A stretch of 64,000 bases of DNA from Octopus vulgaris (GCA_951406725.2 OX597827.1:36580001-36644000), one strand, 5' to 3'. Positions 15,030 through 30,920 are shown, counted from the first letter of the stretch. A program made the numbers and translations. Notes: a model not told the origin generated them from the sequence alone.

Positions 15030-16800
15030 ACAGCTGCACTGTCCTGGATACAGGAGCAATATTCTATCGTGGATCTCGCTCGTTAATATGTTAGTAGTTG
15101 ATAAGGTATAAAGTAAAGACTAGTCTTTACGATGGAGTCTTTGCTATCTTGAGGATGTGCATTCAACAGGAAATATCCTTGGTGTTAGTGAGGTTTAACA
15201 TTCCTAGCGGCTTTGAGAGTTTTAGTATCATGCCGTTGAAAGCGGAGTTGAGTGTGATAATGTTTATTTGGTATGTGAAGTAATTCTATTTTAGTATTGT
15301 TGAAAGAGACGAGTTTAGTATGACCCCATGGGAAGTTGTCTTTGAAATTTCTATTTACGGAATCAATGCAAGTTTGGAGTGGGGTGTCTAGATTACATCT
15401 GAATGACACTTGTGTGTAGAAAGTTAAGGAGGAATGAAAGATGATAAGCATCGGTATAAATAAGAATGGATATTTTCGGAGAGAACACCAAGAGAGTGGG
15501 GTACAAAATCAAATCATTGGATAGATCAGAGTTGATAGAGTATAGGTTAGAGAAAGTTTCAACAGTAAACGCCACAAGAATGCAATCTGACAGGAAATCA
15601 CTGAGCTAAGATCCGAGAAGCAGGTGAAACTAATTAGTAGACAATTTGACATGACATTAGTCTTCCTGTCATGGTTGGAACTTTAGCTAAAGCCGTGGGC
15701 CCAATATTATTTTCGCCAACTGCCTAAAGAGGGAGAATCCATTTGTTAATGGCATAAGGGGGTAAGTCGCTAGTCGATCGGGCCTAACAAAGTCTTACTA
15801 GTAGTCGTTAAGGAGGAGAAAGGGAGAAAGAAAGAGATCAAGGTATTTGCTCAGAATAAGGTGTTTGGGGTCAATGAAGAGGGAATTATCAAAACTTAGT
15901 GATCTTGTTGGTTTGAAGTAACTTCCACATTTGACATATCTAAGATCAAAGTGGTGAGTGCAGTGGAGTGGCAAGAGATAGTTTGCGAGATTTACCAAGT
16001 GAACGGAGTTGAATATAATGCGATCGTGGTTGAAAAATAGAAGAAAGAAAGATTTGGCAAAGTTGATGGAGATTTTTTCTGGCAGGATCTATAAGTTTGG
16101 GAAGTGGGTACTCTGACGGGTTGTGTAATGCAAGAAGGCATTCTTCGCACGTCGACTGATGGTCTTGTACTGAATTAAATCTATCTAGTTTGTAGGAATG
16201 TGTGGGGTCTTTTTTTGTAAGCGTTCTCGGTTCTTTGCTTGAACTGCTGCGGCAGAACAATTTGTGAAATACTTGAGAGATTTGGAGGTGGAAGAGAACA
16301 AGCCTAAGGGGATTGTTTTTAAGTCATCTGCTATCAATGGGAAAAATTTGATGTAGAGAACTGATGATTGCAAAAGATTCGATTCTGCACTAGTAACACC
16401 AGTATGAAGTTAGTTTAAGAGCCACTTAACGTGAGAAGTGAAATATTTAACTTCATTGCCAGTCAAAGAGTTGTTGGTAGATAAAGTACTTCGGAAACGG
16501 ATAGAGGTAAGCAAATGTATTTAGATGAGTAGGAGATGAAGACTTGAAGCTGGAGTATGTATAAGTCTTTCTTGTTGATAATCAGGAAAAAAGGTGTGTG
16601 TCTGGAGGAAGTAGTGTCTACATATATTCAGACACCACCATTCGGAGTGAAATTTGAGTAAAGATTTTAACCTGGACAGCTGAGGTGATCTATCAATGGT
16701 GGTTTTCTCGAAGATGTAAATTAGGTGGGTGATTTGCATGTTAGTAAGAAATGATTTATGGGGTTTAAGTTGGATCAGAGTCCATAAATGTTAGAGAAAA
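15030..16800 (-). mobile_element. Highly decayed CR1/L2/Jockey-type LINE
   Basis: FPWGHTKLVSFNNTKIELL resembles the RT thumb (W...NLV.FN.SKT); upstream degenerate endonuclease-like sequence; many stops. Confidence 0.45.
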
Positions 16801-17049
16801 AGAATGAGAATTGTTCAGTATGTTTTACTTTGTGAAAACTAAGTAATAATAGGCTGTTGGTGACGCTATGAAATCACGATAAACTCATGCAAAGACATAA
16901 TCCTCGCACGTGCGCACACACAAACATACACGTACTAACAAAAATGATTTGAGATAGCTGCTAAATTTCCCTCAAACCACGCTTTATTGTTATAAGACAG
17001 TGGATAATGTAGTGTTGATTTAAGAAAATAGTGGAATTGTTACGAGCTA

Positions 17050-17715
17050 AACGATTTGGATAAGTTAAAGTCGACCTGGCTCGTGTTGTTTTTAATGGAT
17101 CGTCAAAAGCTTTATGTTCACATCCGCTGGGCAACTAATTTCCACAATTGTACACAGATTCCGTTCTCTATCTCAAATCATTATATCAAGTCTGTTATGC
17201 TTACATTTTATTGAGGTCTTCACTAGGACATTCCACCAGTATTCCTTTTTATAACGTGTGGCTATGGTTTCTATCATACTGTGGGTTCTTATTTATTTGT
17301 CCTCGGGTTAATCCTTCCGATGGATTTCATTATAGAGTGTCCAAGCTACAACATCATGTCTCATCGGTAGATAATACCGTGATGAGATTTTCGGACAACT
17401 GCTTATGATGTAGGTGATATCTTCGGTATCAATACCACAAACTCTGCATCGGTTGTCAGATTTTACTGCTTTTCTTGCATCTCTATCTCTTTTGTGCATC
17501 AGGCATTTGGTTGATTTGTTTTTGTTCCTGGATTTCAAATGCATACCTTTCAAAACGGGAGGTAGTAATCCGGCTATTGGCCCATCATAGACTGCCCATC
17601 ATCTCGGAGGCTCAGCTAAGATATCCATGCATAGTCTTCTGCTCATATATGCTCATCCTTTTATCATTAGCGTTAAGGCTTGCTTATTCCTGGCATTGGT
17701 CCTGATGAAGTAGTG
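17050..17715 (-). mobile_element. R4/Dong-type (restriction-like endonuclease) non-LTR retrotransposon fragment
   Basis: CRVCGIDTEDITYIISSCPKISSRYYLPMRHDVVA: CCHC zinc knuckle plus RH motif, preceded by MHGYL and EGYAF.IQEQ-like sequence. Confidence 0.75.
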
Positions 17716-17719
17716 GACA

Positions 17720-18230
17720 GGACAGACCTGTCCTTCGTAATTCTTGCTGAGATATGAGCTCAGTTGGTATATCAGATAAAAATTTGTATAATTAAACACC
17801 GCCACATCTACTCATTAGGCCTTTGATCCCTAAGCTGTTACAGTATTTGAGACTCTAGTCGGAGTGGACCGGATCTTTGTTTCTATGTCGAGATCCAGTC
17901 TGGTGGCTAGTATAGCTTTGAATCCCAATCTCACTTTACATATCCTTCTCTTACGTTTACCCCTTTTCTCACTCCCCACCTTTTTCTCCTTCTGTCTTTC
18001 TCTCCTTCAACCTCTGTATACGAATCTATCTTCCTAACTTAGTAGCCGACTTACTGTTCTGACCACTGAAATATTTCCCTCAATTTCTTCATATTCTTGA
18101 AATGCTATAACCGAGGAAGGTTTTTCGTAATGGCTGCATTTCCTATATTACGCAAACTTGAAATGTACGTATTAAATGATTGCAAATTATCACCTTTTGG
18201 TTTGACTTCATCATTACAACCAATAGAACT
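17720..18230 (+). mobile_element. Penelope-like 3' tail
   Basis: Pyrimidine-rich UTR followed by a hammerhead motif at 18107. Confidence 0.45.
18107..18175 (+). ncRNA. Candidate hammerhead ribozyme (U4C core)
   Basis: ataa-CCGAGGA-aggtttttcgtaat/attacgcaaactt-GAAA-tgtacg-TA-ttaa. Confidence 0.65.
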
Positions 18231-19410
18231 AAATGGCAGTACAAACTAGCCGGTCTCGACTCCATTTATGCGAATACCATAGCAACAATTTGATGTAGTT
18301 TACTATATTTGATTCGAGTACCAGCTTTCCAGCTACACCCCACCACACACAGACAAGTAGTGAAAATACACTTTATTTAATGATTTCGCTGTGAGACTTT
18401 AAACAGTTATGAATGCACCTAGATATAGACAGTCTTCGCAGAAAAATAGAGTTTGCTTCTTTGAGCATTAGAATAACAGGTGTACTTGTCCTTTGATTAA
18501 TGGTCAATGAACTGTGAAACAGTCTGGACGTCTTCACTACCACCACAACAGCCACCATCACAACCGCCTCCACCTCTATTGCCACCGGTCCCACTACGGT
18601 CTCACCACCACCGCCGCTGCTGCCATCACCACCATTGCTGCCATCACCTCCCCCCCCAGTACTCATGACACTACCATTAAAACTACCGCTATCATCATCA
18701 TCATAAATACAAAACCGAAAGATGTTAAGTGGAGTAATAATATATGAATGGTAACCAAGCAAGATCGTGATGTTTTAACGTCATAATTTCCTTGACCTCC
18801 ACTTGATGTTTCCATAGGTCTTCATTGACATCAATTGACGAACTGATGGTGGAAGTGGTGTGGTTGTGGTAAGAATTGAGGGTGCTAATGACATGTAAGA
18901 TGGGTCGACGTGTATTGACATATTAATGGGTTGCAGTGTCGATGTGGTGGTGGTTGAGTTGATGGTAGTAGTGGCGAATGTGCAGATGCTGGTAATGATG
19001 GTTATAGTAGTAGAAATTGTGGTCATGGCAGTTGTAGTGATGGTGGGTTAATAGTTTTAATTCTGTTGATGATCGTGGTTGAGGCTGTGGTGACAGAGTT
19101 ATTGAACGAGTAGGCGGTCAATAATTGGATTCCTGTAAAATAGGTGGCTGAGGTGTGGTGTTAAGTTATGGGGGGGTGGAGCAGTTTGATGTGTTGGTGG
19201 TTCTAAAAGTGGGGCTGCTAAAGTGACACTAATAGCGGAGTGGTATTGTTGGTACAAGTATTGATAAGGGTGATGATGGTGGTGGCGGTGGCGATGAAGT
19301 AGAATATGTAGTTACATCATTTTGGTGGGAATTATTTCGAATGTGTTGCGCGCGTGTGTGTATGTGTGTGCGTGTGCGTAAAATATGCAGTACGACACAC
19401 AAACGTACAT

Positions 19411-19486
<76 letters not shown>

Positions 19487-19512
19487 ATCTAGTTTCTCTT
19501 TCTTTCTTTCTT

Positions 19513-19590
<78 letters not shown>

Positions 19591-20750
19591 AACACACACA
19601 TTTACATACGCACATACACACATACACACGCATACACACATACAATGTGTGTGTATGCGACTGTGAGCTTGTATATATCTAGAAAAGGAAAGGAAGTTCA
19701 GTTTTCAGTGACAGGTGGTGGGTGGAAGGGAAGAAAAAGAGAAAGAGAAAGAGAAAGAGAGAGAGAGAAAGAGAGAAGAGGAGAGAGAAAAACTTCCATT
19801 TCCTTGTTATAAAGTAGCATGTGAAAATATGACAAACATGGTCAGTCTATCACGACATCAGCATCAACAAGAAATAACAACAACAACAGTATCAATAACA
19901 AAACAAAGCAATAACTACAAGGAAAACAAAAAGGTCTCAGTCATATTACAACACCTCCTTAATGCCGCCTGTTATCGTAACAATCGCTTAGCTGATGCAA
20001 ATGTTTCGGCATCATTTCCACCACTACCACCACCACCAGCGCCGCCGCCCATCATGCCCTCACTACAACCACAGCAACACTGCCGCCATCATAACAACCA
20101 CCTTCACACCACTAGTATCACCACTACCGCCAACACCATCACAGCAATTACCCACTCCACCATCACCATCATACTTCCACAACAACTACCACCACAACCA
20201 CTACAACCATCACCATTATCACCACATCTACTACCACCACCACTACTACACATCATTCCACACCACCACCACCACCTCTAGCTCCACAACCACCACAACC
20301 ATCACCGCAACATCACCACCACCACCACCACCACCACAACCACCACCACCACTAACAATACCACAACTACCAGCACTGCCACCGCCTCCACCACCATCGC
20401 TACCACTCTACATATGCACAATCAGTCGTTTCTAACCGCTTCAAGGAAAATCTTTCTGTTATTCATGTGAAACTCAACTGTTCTTAGAGAAATGACTATG
20501 AAAAAAAAAACACTTTGAAGTTTTAGATCTCTAGAAAGCATTTAACATCTTACTAATTTTTGACATAACAATAGCAATGTCTACAATATTGTCTAGAAGG
20601 GAGTTAACGGAATTCTTCGGACTGAACTGTAGAATAAAATGGGTTAAGGAAAGTATCTACCATACAATTTGTAATTGATATAATTAGAATAGTTGATATA
20701 CAATCATTGAAATCGACAAATTAGCTAAAAAAAAGGAGACATCGGGAACA

Positions 20751-21511
20751 TCAATAAGTTCCAATCAAATGCCCACGTTTGTGTTAACCCTGACAGAATT
20801 GTCAATGCTACGCGCAAACAGCAATAAGTTCCAATCAAATACCCACGTGTATGTTAACCCTGGCCAAATTATCAATGCTACGCGCAAACAGCAATAAGTT
20901 CCAATCAAATGCTCACATGTGTGTTAACTCTGGCCGAATTGTCAATGCTACGCGCAAACAGCAATAAGTTCCAATCAAATGCTCACGTGTGTGTTAACCC
21001 TGGCCGAATTGTCAATGCTACACGCAAACAGCAATAAGTTCCAATCAAATGCTCACGTGTGTGTTAACCCTGGCCGAATTATCAATGCTACGCGCAAACA
21101 GCAATAAGTTCCAATCAAATGCTCACGTGTGTGTTAACCCTCGCCGAATTATCAATGCTACGCGCAAACAGCAATAAGTTCCAATCAAAGGCTCACGTGT
21201 GTGTTAACCCTGGCCGAATTATCAATGCTACGCGCAAACAGCAATAAGTTCCAATCAAATGCTCACGTGTGTGTTAACCCTGGCCGAATTATCAATGCTA
21301 CGCGCAAACAGCAATAAGTTCCAATCAAATGCTCACGTGTGTGTTAACTCTGGCCGAATTATCAATGCTACGCGCAAACAGCAATAAGTTCCAATCAAAT
21401 GCTCACGTGTGTGTTAACCCTGGCCGAATTGTCAATGCTACGCGCAAACAGCAATAAGTTCCAATCAGATGCCCACGTGTGTGTTAACCCTGGCCGAATT
21501 GTCAATGCTAC
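20751..21511. repeat. 70-bp minisatellite, ~10.9 copies
   Basis: Unit gcaataagttccaatcaaatgctcacgtgtgtgttaaccctggccgaatt(a/g)tcaatgctacgcgcaaaca; starts every 70 nt, no indels. Confidence 0.97.
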
Positions 21512-21779
21512 AAGCACAACTGGTGGCAAGGTGCAATGGTGTGATGAAATATATCGGAAATGAAGTCATCCGGATGTGATAAGCAACATGAAAAGACATA
21601 GATGCGTTTCAGAAAGTAACAGTGCCCAAATCTGTAACTGTGGTTGGAGAATTATTTTCGGCATTTGTTAACTTTGAATATTTTTGTCCGCTTGTACAGC
21701 TTTTATATACAATCTCAAGATGTATCTAATTCTTGTTTTGAAGAAAAAAATAGTCTCGATGTAGAGACATGCTTTAACA

Positions 21780-22042
21780 AAAGCCAAGAGGTGCCTCACT
21801 CATGAGTGTTACTATTAACATGGAATCCAGTACAACCTGTGTGAATGGTCGGGTCGACAGTGACTAAACCTGTACCCCGCCCCAATAGGCTTACCTGGTG
21901 AAGAGGGTTGCGAGAAACCAAGTAGGATTAAAAACAAGATCTGTCAGAAGAACGGATGAGCCTACTGTAGGCTCAACAACAATTTAGCAATAGCATGGGC
22001 ACCCAAAAATTCTGGGTTCGTGTCCAGCGTAATGGATACATC
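21780..22042 (+). mobile_element. RTE-like 5' leader fragment
   Basis: ctggtgaagagggt...ggattaaaaacaagatctgtca...ctcaac parallels 14589-14672. Confidence 0.4.
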
Positions 22043-22050
22043 CACACACC

Positions 22051-22682
<632 letters not shown>

Positions 22683-22894
22683 CTCTTACGCACCACCAGC
22701 TCAAATATTGTCTCCTCTGTCTTCCCTCCTTGGGATCTTTCCTTCTCCTTGTTTCCGACGAAGAGCTCCGCTCGAAACGTTAAACCCTCCTTCCCTTCTT
22801 TCCTGAGCGTCAATAATACTTTAATTGTTCCACGTCCTGCGTTGCTGTGTTTTTTCTCTTTTTTCTTTTTTTCTGTGTTTTCTTGTTTGGATTA

Positions 22895-22898
<4 letters not shown>
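22683..22898 (+). mobile_element. PLE/retrozyme-like terminal fragment
   Basis: Pyrimidine-rich, carries a minimal hammerhead, ends in (TA)n. Confidence 0.55.
22751..22785 (+). ncRNA. Candidate minimal hammerhead ribozyme (U4C core)
   Basis: gttt-CCGACGA-a-gagc/tcc/gctc-GAAA-cg-tt-aaac. Confidence 0.65.
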
Positions 22899-22954
<56 letters not shown>

Positions 22955-22977
22955 CGTATATATATATACATATATAT

Positions 22978-23029
<52 letters not shown>

Positions 23030-23031
<2 letters not shown>

Positions 23032-23282
23032 AATGCGCCCTTTTAAAGCCTGGCCAGGTTCATGGGCCCGGTTTCCCAGTTTCTATGGCGTATGTGTTCT
23101 CCAACTGGACGGGACGCCAGTCCATCTTAGCATTACTCATTTTTGCCAGCTTAGTGAACTGGAGCAACGTGAAATGAAGTGTTTTGCTCAAGAACACAAT
23201 GCGTCGCCTGGTCCAGGAATCGAAACCACAATCTTACGATCATGGTGCTGACACCTTAACCACTAAGCCACGCGCTTCCACA
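23030..23282 (-). mobile_element. tRNA-derived SINE (V-domain-like centre)
   Basis: Box A gtggcttagtgg, box B ggtttcgattcc; gatggactggcgtcccgtccag. Confidence 0.75.
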
Positions 23283-23743
23283 AACTGTAAAAATACAACA
23301 ACAAAAAATAGTGTAAGGCATTTAAAAAAATGCTTCTATTGAATGTGATTTTCTTCAAAAACTGTCTACAGAGAATTCTGTATTGACAAAATGCAATGTA
23401 ATGATTCATTAGTTTTTAATGTTAATTTGTCTTAAAACAATCTTCTCCAATACTGTGCAAAATTATTCTTGAGGAATTGCATCTAGTGATTTAGATATTG
23501 ACAAAGGTTCTTTTAGTGAAGCAGTGGTGTTAGGTGTTCTCTGTGATTTTCATATCTTTCCTAAAAGCACCAAGATGGTATTTGAAACTTTTCCAATCAA
23601 GTACCAAAAGTCAACTGTGGATTCCCTCCATCAAGTACATCCAGTTATAGCTCCAATACCTCCATTAATTATAATTTCATAATCTGAAAACTTGTGATTT
23701 TCTGATCGTTAGTGCAGTATCTCACCATCATAAGTAGTTTCAT

Positions 23744-23808
23744 TTAACCCTTTCGTTACTGTATTTATTTTGAGATGCTCTGTGTTTCTTTCAGTTACTT
23801 TAAATATA
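23744..23808 (+). mobile_element. piggyBac-like MITE end
   Basis: TTAA|ccctttcgttac terminus only; truncated by (TA)n. Confidence 0.35.
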
Positions 23809-23888
23809 TGTATATATGTATATATACATATGTAGTCATATATATACATACATATATATATGTGTGTGTGCGCGCGGGTATATATATG

Positions 23889-23953
<65 letters not shown>

Positions 23954-24002
23954 AAACAAGTAAAAAATAGAAAATGCTAAAATAATTTTATAGTGAACAT
24001 TT

Positions 24003-24040
24003 CAGTACCGGTTTCGGTCATTTTGAGACCTTTTCAACTG
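24003..24040 (-). ncRNA. Candidate hammerhead ribozyme (U3-A8 compensatory core)
   Basis: cag-TTGAAAA-ggtc/tcaaaat/gacc-GAAA-ccgg-TA-ctg. Confidence 0.8.
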
Positions 24041-24769
24041 TAACGATTAAATAATTAAATTTAGAAAAATTAGAAGAAAAGTTTTTTTAAAAGAATATTT
24101 CTATAGTAGTGTTCAGATTTAAGTGGCATTCTGCCTTTCTCTGACTCCCTTGTTTGCACTTGTGTGTTCGAGGTAGTTGTGAGTTCTTGGTAGGGTAGTA
24201 GAGGGAAGGCTGGTGAGGAAAGGTGGGTGGGAGAATCTGGGAGTGCCCTGATGGTCGTATTTTGAATGGTCAGTGGCGGCTGGCAGTCTCAGTTCAATTC
24301 AGGAGAATATTTATATTGACAGGCTTGTTTATAGAATTAGCGTAGGTGTTATACTAAAAAACATTAGTGACAAACTTAAGGGGTAGGGGGTGGAGAAGAA
24401 GAAGAAGAAGAAGAAGAAGAAGAAGAAGAAGAAGAAGAAGAAGAAGAAGAAGAAGGAGAAGGAGAAGATGATGGTGATGGTGGTGATGATTATGACGACG
24501 ATGATGATGATAACGATGATGATGAAGAAGAAGAAGAAGAAGAAGGAGGAGAAGGAGAAGATGGTGGTGATGATGGTGGCGATGATGATGACGCCGATGA
24601 TGATGATAACGATGACGATGAAGAAGAAGAAGAAGAAGAAAACAGAGAAGGGAGAATATGAATGGGTGTAAATATAGCTATGAAGGGGCTGATTAGTAAT
24701 GGATTCTATGGAGTGTAGTATTTGTGTGTGTATATATATTTTTTTCTTTTATTCTAAAGTTGAGGTATA

Positions 24770-26020
<1,251 letters not shown>

Positions 26021-26037
26021 CATATATATATACATGC

Positions 26038-26089
<52 letters not shown>

Positions 26090-26091
26090 GC

Positions 26092-26166
<75 letters not shown>

Positions 26167-26889
26167 ATAGATAAACAGACATAAACACATACATAAACAC
26201 AAAAAACACATATACTTATATAATGCATGGTGGCGGTAACGCTATGCTATTATGCCATTCACTTGGCATAACCATGGTTGCCCTAGGTATTGTTAATAAT
26301 TTAATTGTCGTTTTTGTAGTTGTATATGTATTTGAGGCTCTTGTTACTGTTGCTGTTGTAGTATTACAGAACAATTTGATTGTGTTAAACTGCCATGACC
26401 AGATCACGTGAACAACGTTTGGCGGAACATAGACTGGCACAAGAGTGCTGCAAGTGTATTGGTATTGAGGGCTTCTTAAGTGGCTCAGTTGTTAGATGAA
26501 CTTCCGACAGCTCACACACGCACATATAAGTACATTCATATGTACATGTATATATTCATGCATACATACATACATACATACATACATACATACATACATA
26601 CATACATACATACATACATACACATACGCGCGCGCGCACATACACAATACATACATGCATACATACATATATACATACACACATACATACGTGTGTGTAT
26701 GTATGTGTTTGTGTGCGTCTGTATTTGTGTATATGTATGCATGTTTATATACACAGAGATTGGACAAGATAATGGAAACACCACTTTTGATTTAACTATT
26801 TCAAATTCAGAACAGTTCTAGTCTATATATATATGCATTCACGTGCATTATATATGCCTTATACTTTATGACACAGCCCTGTCTTTCCC

Positions 26890-26925
<36 letters not shown>

Positions 26926-26926
26926 C

Positions 26927-27533
26927 CGACCACCGTTCGGGCATACATATGGAGACAGTCAAAAGAAGCAGTTGATTCAAACTGCCTTCTTTCAACTGTT
27001 AAACATGGAGGAGGACTTGTAATGATATGGATGGCTTTATCTTGGAAATCCGCCGGCCTAAGGATTTCCCTTCATGGCAGAATTAATAGTCAAGACTATT
27101 GAAGCATTTTATCTGATCAAATTTCTCTTATGGTTGCGGAACTGTTTCCGGAGGGAAACGCAATCTTTCAGGATGATAATGCACCAATTCACACAGCTAA
27201 AGTTGTTACTGAATGGCACGAGGAACATTCTAGGGAAATTGAACATCTTAATCTGGCCACCACAGTCCCCAGATCTCAATATTATTGAACATTTTTGGTG
27301 CATTTTAGAAAAACAAGTAAAGAATTGATATCCTCCACCATCATCACTACAAGAACTGGAGACTGTTATAGCTGAAGAATGGACAAAAATTCTTTTGGAA
27401 ACAATTCAAACTTTGTACGAGTCCATACCTCGCAGAACTCAAGCTGCAATTACTGCCAAAGGCGGTCGTACCCATATTAAAATAAATTTGTTTCAAATTT
27501 TAATGTGTTTCCCTTATTTTGTTCAACCCCTTT
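26927..27533 (+). mobile_element. Tc1 (DD34E-type) transposon, 3' half
   Basis: VKHGGGLVMIW, IFQDDNAPIHTA, WPPQSPDLNIIEHFW, LYESIPRR..A.I.AKGGRT; right TIR ...ttttgttcaacccct. Confidence 0.9.
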
Positions 27534-27557
27534 ATATTTACAAGGGTGGGTTGAAAT

Positions 27558-27615
<58 letters not shown>

Positions 27616-27693
27616 ATTTGAACAAAATAAGGGAAACATTAAAATTTGAAACAAATTAATTTTAATATGGGGTACTTATATATGTATGTATGT

Positions 27694-28006
27694 GGAGGCG
27701 CAATGGCCCAATGGTTAGGGCAGCGAACTCGCGGTCGTAGGATCGCGGTTATCGATTCCCATATCGGGTATTGTGAGTGTTTATTGACCGAAAACACCTA
27801 AAACTCCACGAGGCTCCGACAGCGGGTTGTGGCGATCCCTGCTGTACTCTTTCGCCACAACTTTCTCTCACTCTTTCTTTTGTTGGCCTGCTTGCTTAGC
27901 CAGCGGGGTGGCGTCATTTGAAAGCTCAAACAATGCGAAGCGCATTGTGACCAGCGATGTATAGCAACATCTGATAGCCTGGTCGGTCACGGTGATCACG
28001 GTGATA
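27694..28006 (+). mobile_element. tRNA-derived SINE
   Basis: Box A tggcccaatgg, box B-like ggttatcgattccc; tail cacggtgat repeated. Confidence 0.75.
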
Positions 28007-28038
28007 TGTATATATATATATATATATATAGATATATA

Positions 28039-29150
28039 CAAGGGTGAGCTGAAAAGTTACTGGGCTGACTGTGTAAGAGTGATGCTGGAGCTGTGAAATC
28101 TTGCATGCGTTAATTTCAACTCTTCTTATTAATAACTGCATTTTGTTCCCATGTAAATTGACATCTGACGTCAAAAGTATCTAGTTGCGACTTCTCTTGA
28201 AAAACTACAAAATTTGGCATCGTGATGTTATCAAGTACATGCAGAAAAAGGACATTCATGCTACCATGGTATATGCAATAGTGCATAACGCCCCAGCTTT
28301 ATCAACAGTGCAAAAGTGGACGGCTAAATTTAGGAGGGGAAGGGAGAGTCGTGAAGATGACCCGTGGTCTGAACGTCCACCAACTGCCACAACCGAAGAA
28401 AACAATGATAGTGTTCACTACATGGTGATGGATGACAGGCGATTGACTATAAGTCAAATAGCCAATGCTATTAGCATATCCTATGAGAGAGTTGGGAATA
28501 TTCTGCACAAGGATTTTGGCATGACGAAGGTTTCAACACCTGATCAAAAGCACACCAGACTGATCTCTTCACAGGAAAATCTGACATTATTTGAGGCAGA
28601 TCCAGCTCGTTTCTTTGATCATTTCTTAACACAGAATGAATATTGGGTTCATCACTTGGAGCCAGAGACAAAGACACAATCCAAATAGTGGAAACACCCA
28701 TCCTCACCATCTCCAAGGTCGTTTCATCTGCAGGGAAAGTGGCCTCAGTTTTTAGGAGTACAAAAGGCAATATGCTTATTGACTATCTTCAAAAGCGCCA
28801 CACTATCAATGGAAGTTACGAAAGGCAATCAAGTCCAAAAGCCCCTGAGAAACGACGAAAGAGGTCTTGTTTCGTCAGGACGATGCTCAAGCCCAAAAGT
28901 CCTTGGTTTCAATGACTGTTGTGTGTGACTGTGGCTTTGAACTGGTTGTTCACCCTCCCTGTTCTCCTGATTTGGCCCCAATCTATCTGTTTCCAACATG
29001 AAAAAACACTTGGCTGGGAAACAATATCGCCAAAGGGATCAAAATATTGCAATACCGATGGAAGAAGTGTGTGCACCGCAACGGGGACTATGTTGGAAAA
29101 TGTCAGCCTATTAACTTCTAGATCAGCTTATGAACTTTTCAACCGACCCT

Positions 29151-29152
<2 letters not shown>
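28039..29152 (+). mobile_element. Mariner transposon, decayed, both TIRs, TA TSD
   Basis: TA|caagggtgagctgaaaagtt ... aacttttcaaccgacccttg|TA; HTH region, LTQNEYWVHH, QDDAQ, PPCSPDLAP; WVPR linker deleted. Confidence 0.9.
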
Positions 29153-29214
<62 letters not shown>

Positions 29215-30092
29215 TGTATATACATACATATATATATACATGTATATGACATAATTATGCATGTATGTAATATGTATACACCACCTCCACCCCCCCCACC
29301 CCCACGCATGCACATATATATATAATACGAAATTCAGGCGAACACTATTTCTCCATGTGATCGGCTTGAAAAATTGTTGATATATTTTCTTAACACGAAA
29401 CCAAAGTCACCCATATTATTTATAGTTTTCACTTATACCGTTTTTGAAATCAGCGCGTGAGTTCAACAGTTTACTTATAAGCTGACATGGTGAGTTGAGT
29501 TTAACCCTAAGCACGGTAAAAGCCACTGATTAGAATTAAGATGCTCTGCATCAAAATCCGAAATCAGCGCTGATATGGCTAAGTCGGCAAAGGGACATTA
29601 TCTCCCTTGTCAGTCATTGAGATAGTGCACTTGCGATATCACTTAGTAACCTCTGCCACTTTAGTGACGTATATAAATTTGCCTTTAGGTTGTTAGATTG
29701 CTAATAAGCCAACCATATTATATATATATACATAAACATATATATATATATGTATATATACATATATATAATATAAATAATATATATACATATATATATA
29801 TATATACATATATATGTATATACATTTATATACATGCATATGCATATATGTATATATACACACACATAAATACACATATACATATATATAAATATGTAAA
29901 TTTGTATATTGTATACTATTATATGCGTGTAATTATGTGTGTATTTATTTATATATTCATGCATAGATACATGTATGTATTATATATATGTATTTACGTA
30001 ATACATGTATGTATATATATGTGTATATATATATCATATATATATATATATCATATATATATATATATCATATATATATATCATATATATAT

Positions 30093-30141
<49 letters not shown>

Positions 30142-30687
30142 TATATCATATATATATCAAAAATGAATTTTTAAAAATATTACATCCACGTACACTCACC
30201 CATAGGAGCAGAGCTGCAAAGGGAAGAGGTGATATTAAACAACTAGAATATAAACCAATTACAACTCAACTGACCACAAATTAGGGAACAACTTATCACA
30301 AGTAAGAATCTGGTGATATCTGAATCTTGCTCCCTTGTTTTCTCCCCTCACTTTACTGTTCGCTTCTCCCCCATTTTTACTCACCCTGTCACTTACAGTG
30401 GTACCAACTGGTGTTTTCAATATACTGGCGATTGCACAAGTGGCTGCTTAGTTGTGTTTATGTATGCATGTATGTATGTATGTATGTATGTATGTATGTA
30501 TGTATGTATGTATGTATGTATGTATGTATGTATGTGTGTGTATGTATGTATGTATGTGTGTATGTATGTATGTATGCATGTATGTATGTATGTATGGATG
30601 GATGGATGCATACATGCATGTAAGTATGTACATATATACATGTATATATCTATATACATGTATATATCTATATACATATATATATAA

Positions 30688-30920
30688 TGGCGGCGAGCTG
30701 GCAGAAACGTTAGCGCGCCGGGCGAAATGCTTAACGGTATTTCGTCTGTCGTTACGTTCTGAGTTCAAATTCTGCCGAGGTCGACTTTGCCTTTCATCCT
30801 TTCGGGGTCGATAAATTAAGTACCAGTTACGCACTGGGGTCGATGTAGTCGACTTAATCCCTTTGTCTGTCCTTGTAGTCGACTTAATCCCTTTGTCTGT
30901 CCTATGTTACTTGTCCTGTT
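30688..30920 (+). mobile_element. Abundant octopus-type tRNA-derived SINE
   Basis: ggcggcgagctggcagaaacg...gagttcaaattc...gtcgactttgcctttcatcctttcggggtcgat; internal ~30-bp tandem duplication; many other copies in the window. Confidence 0.9.

Noticed and set aside
19715-20435. 188-aa and 146-aa Pro/His/Thr-rich ORFs
   Set aside because: Built from (GA)n and (CAC/CAA)n low-complexity DNA; no domain or convincing splice context
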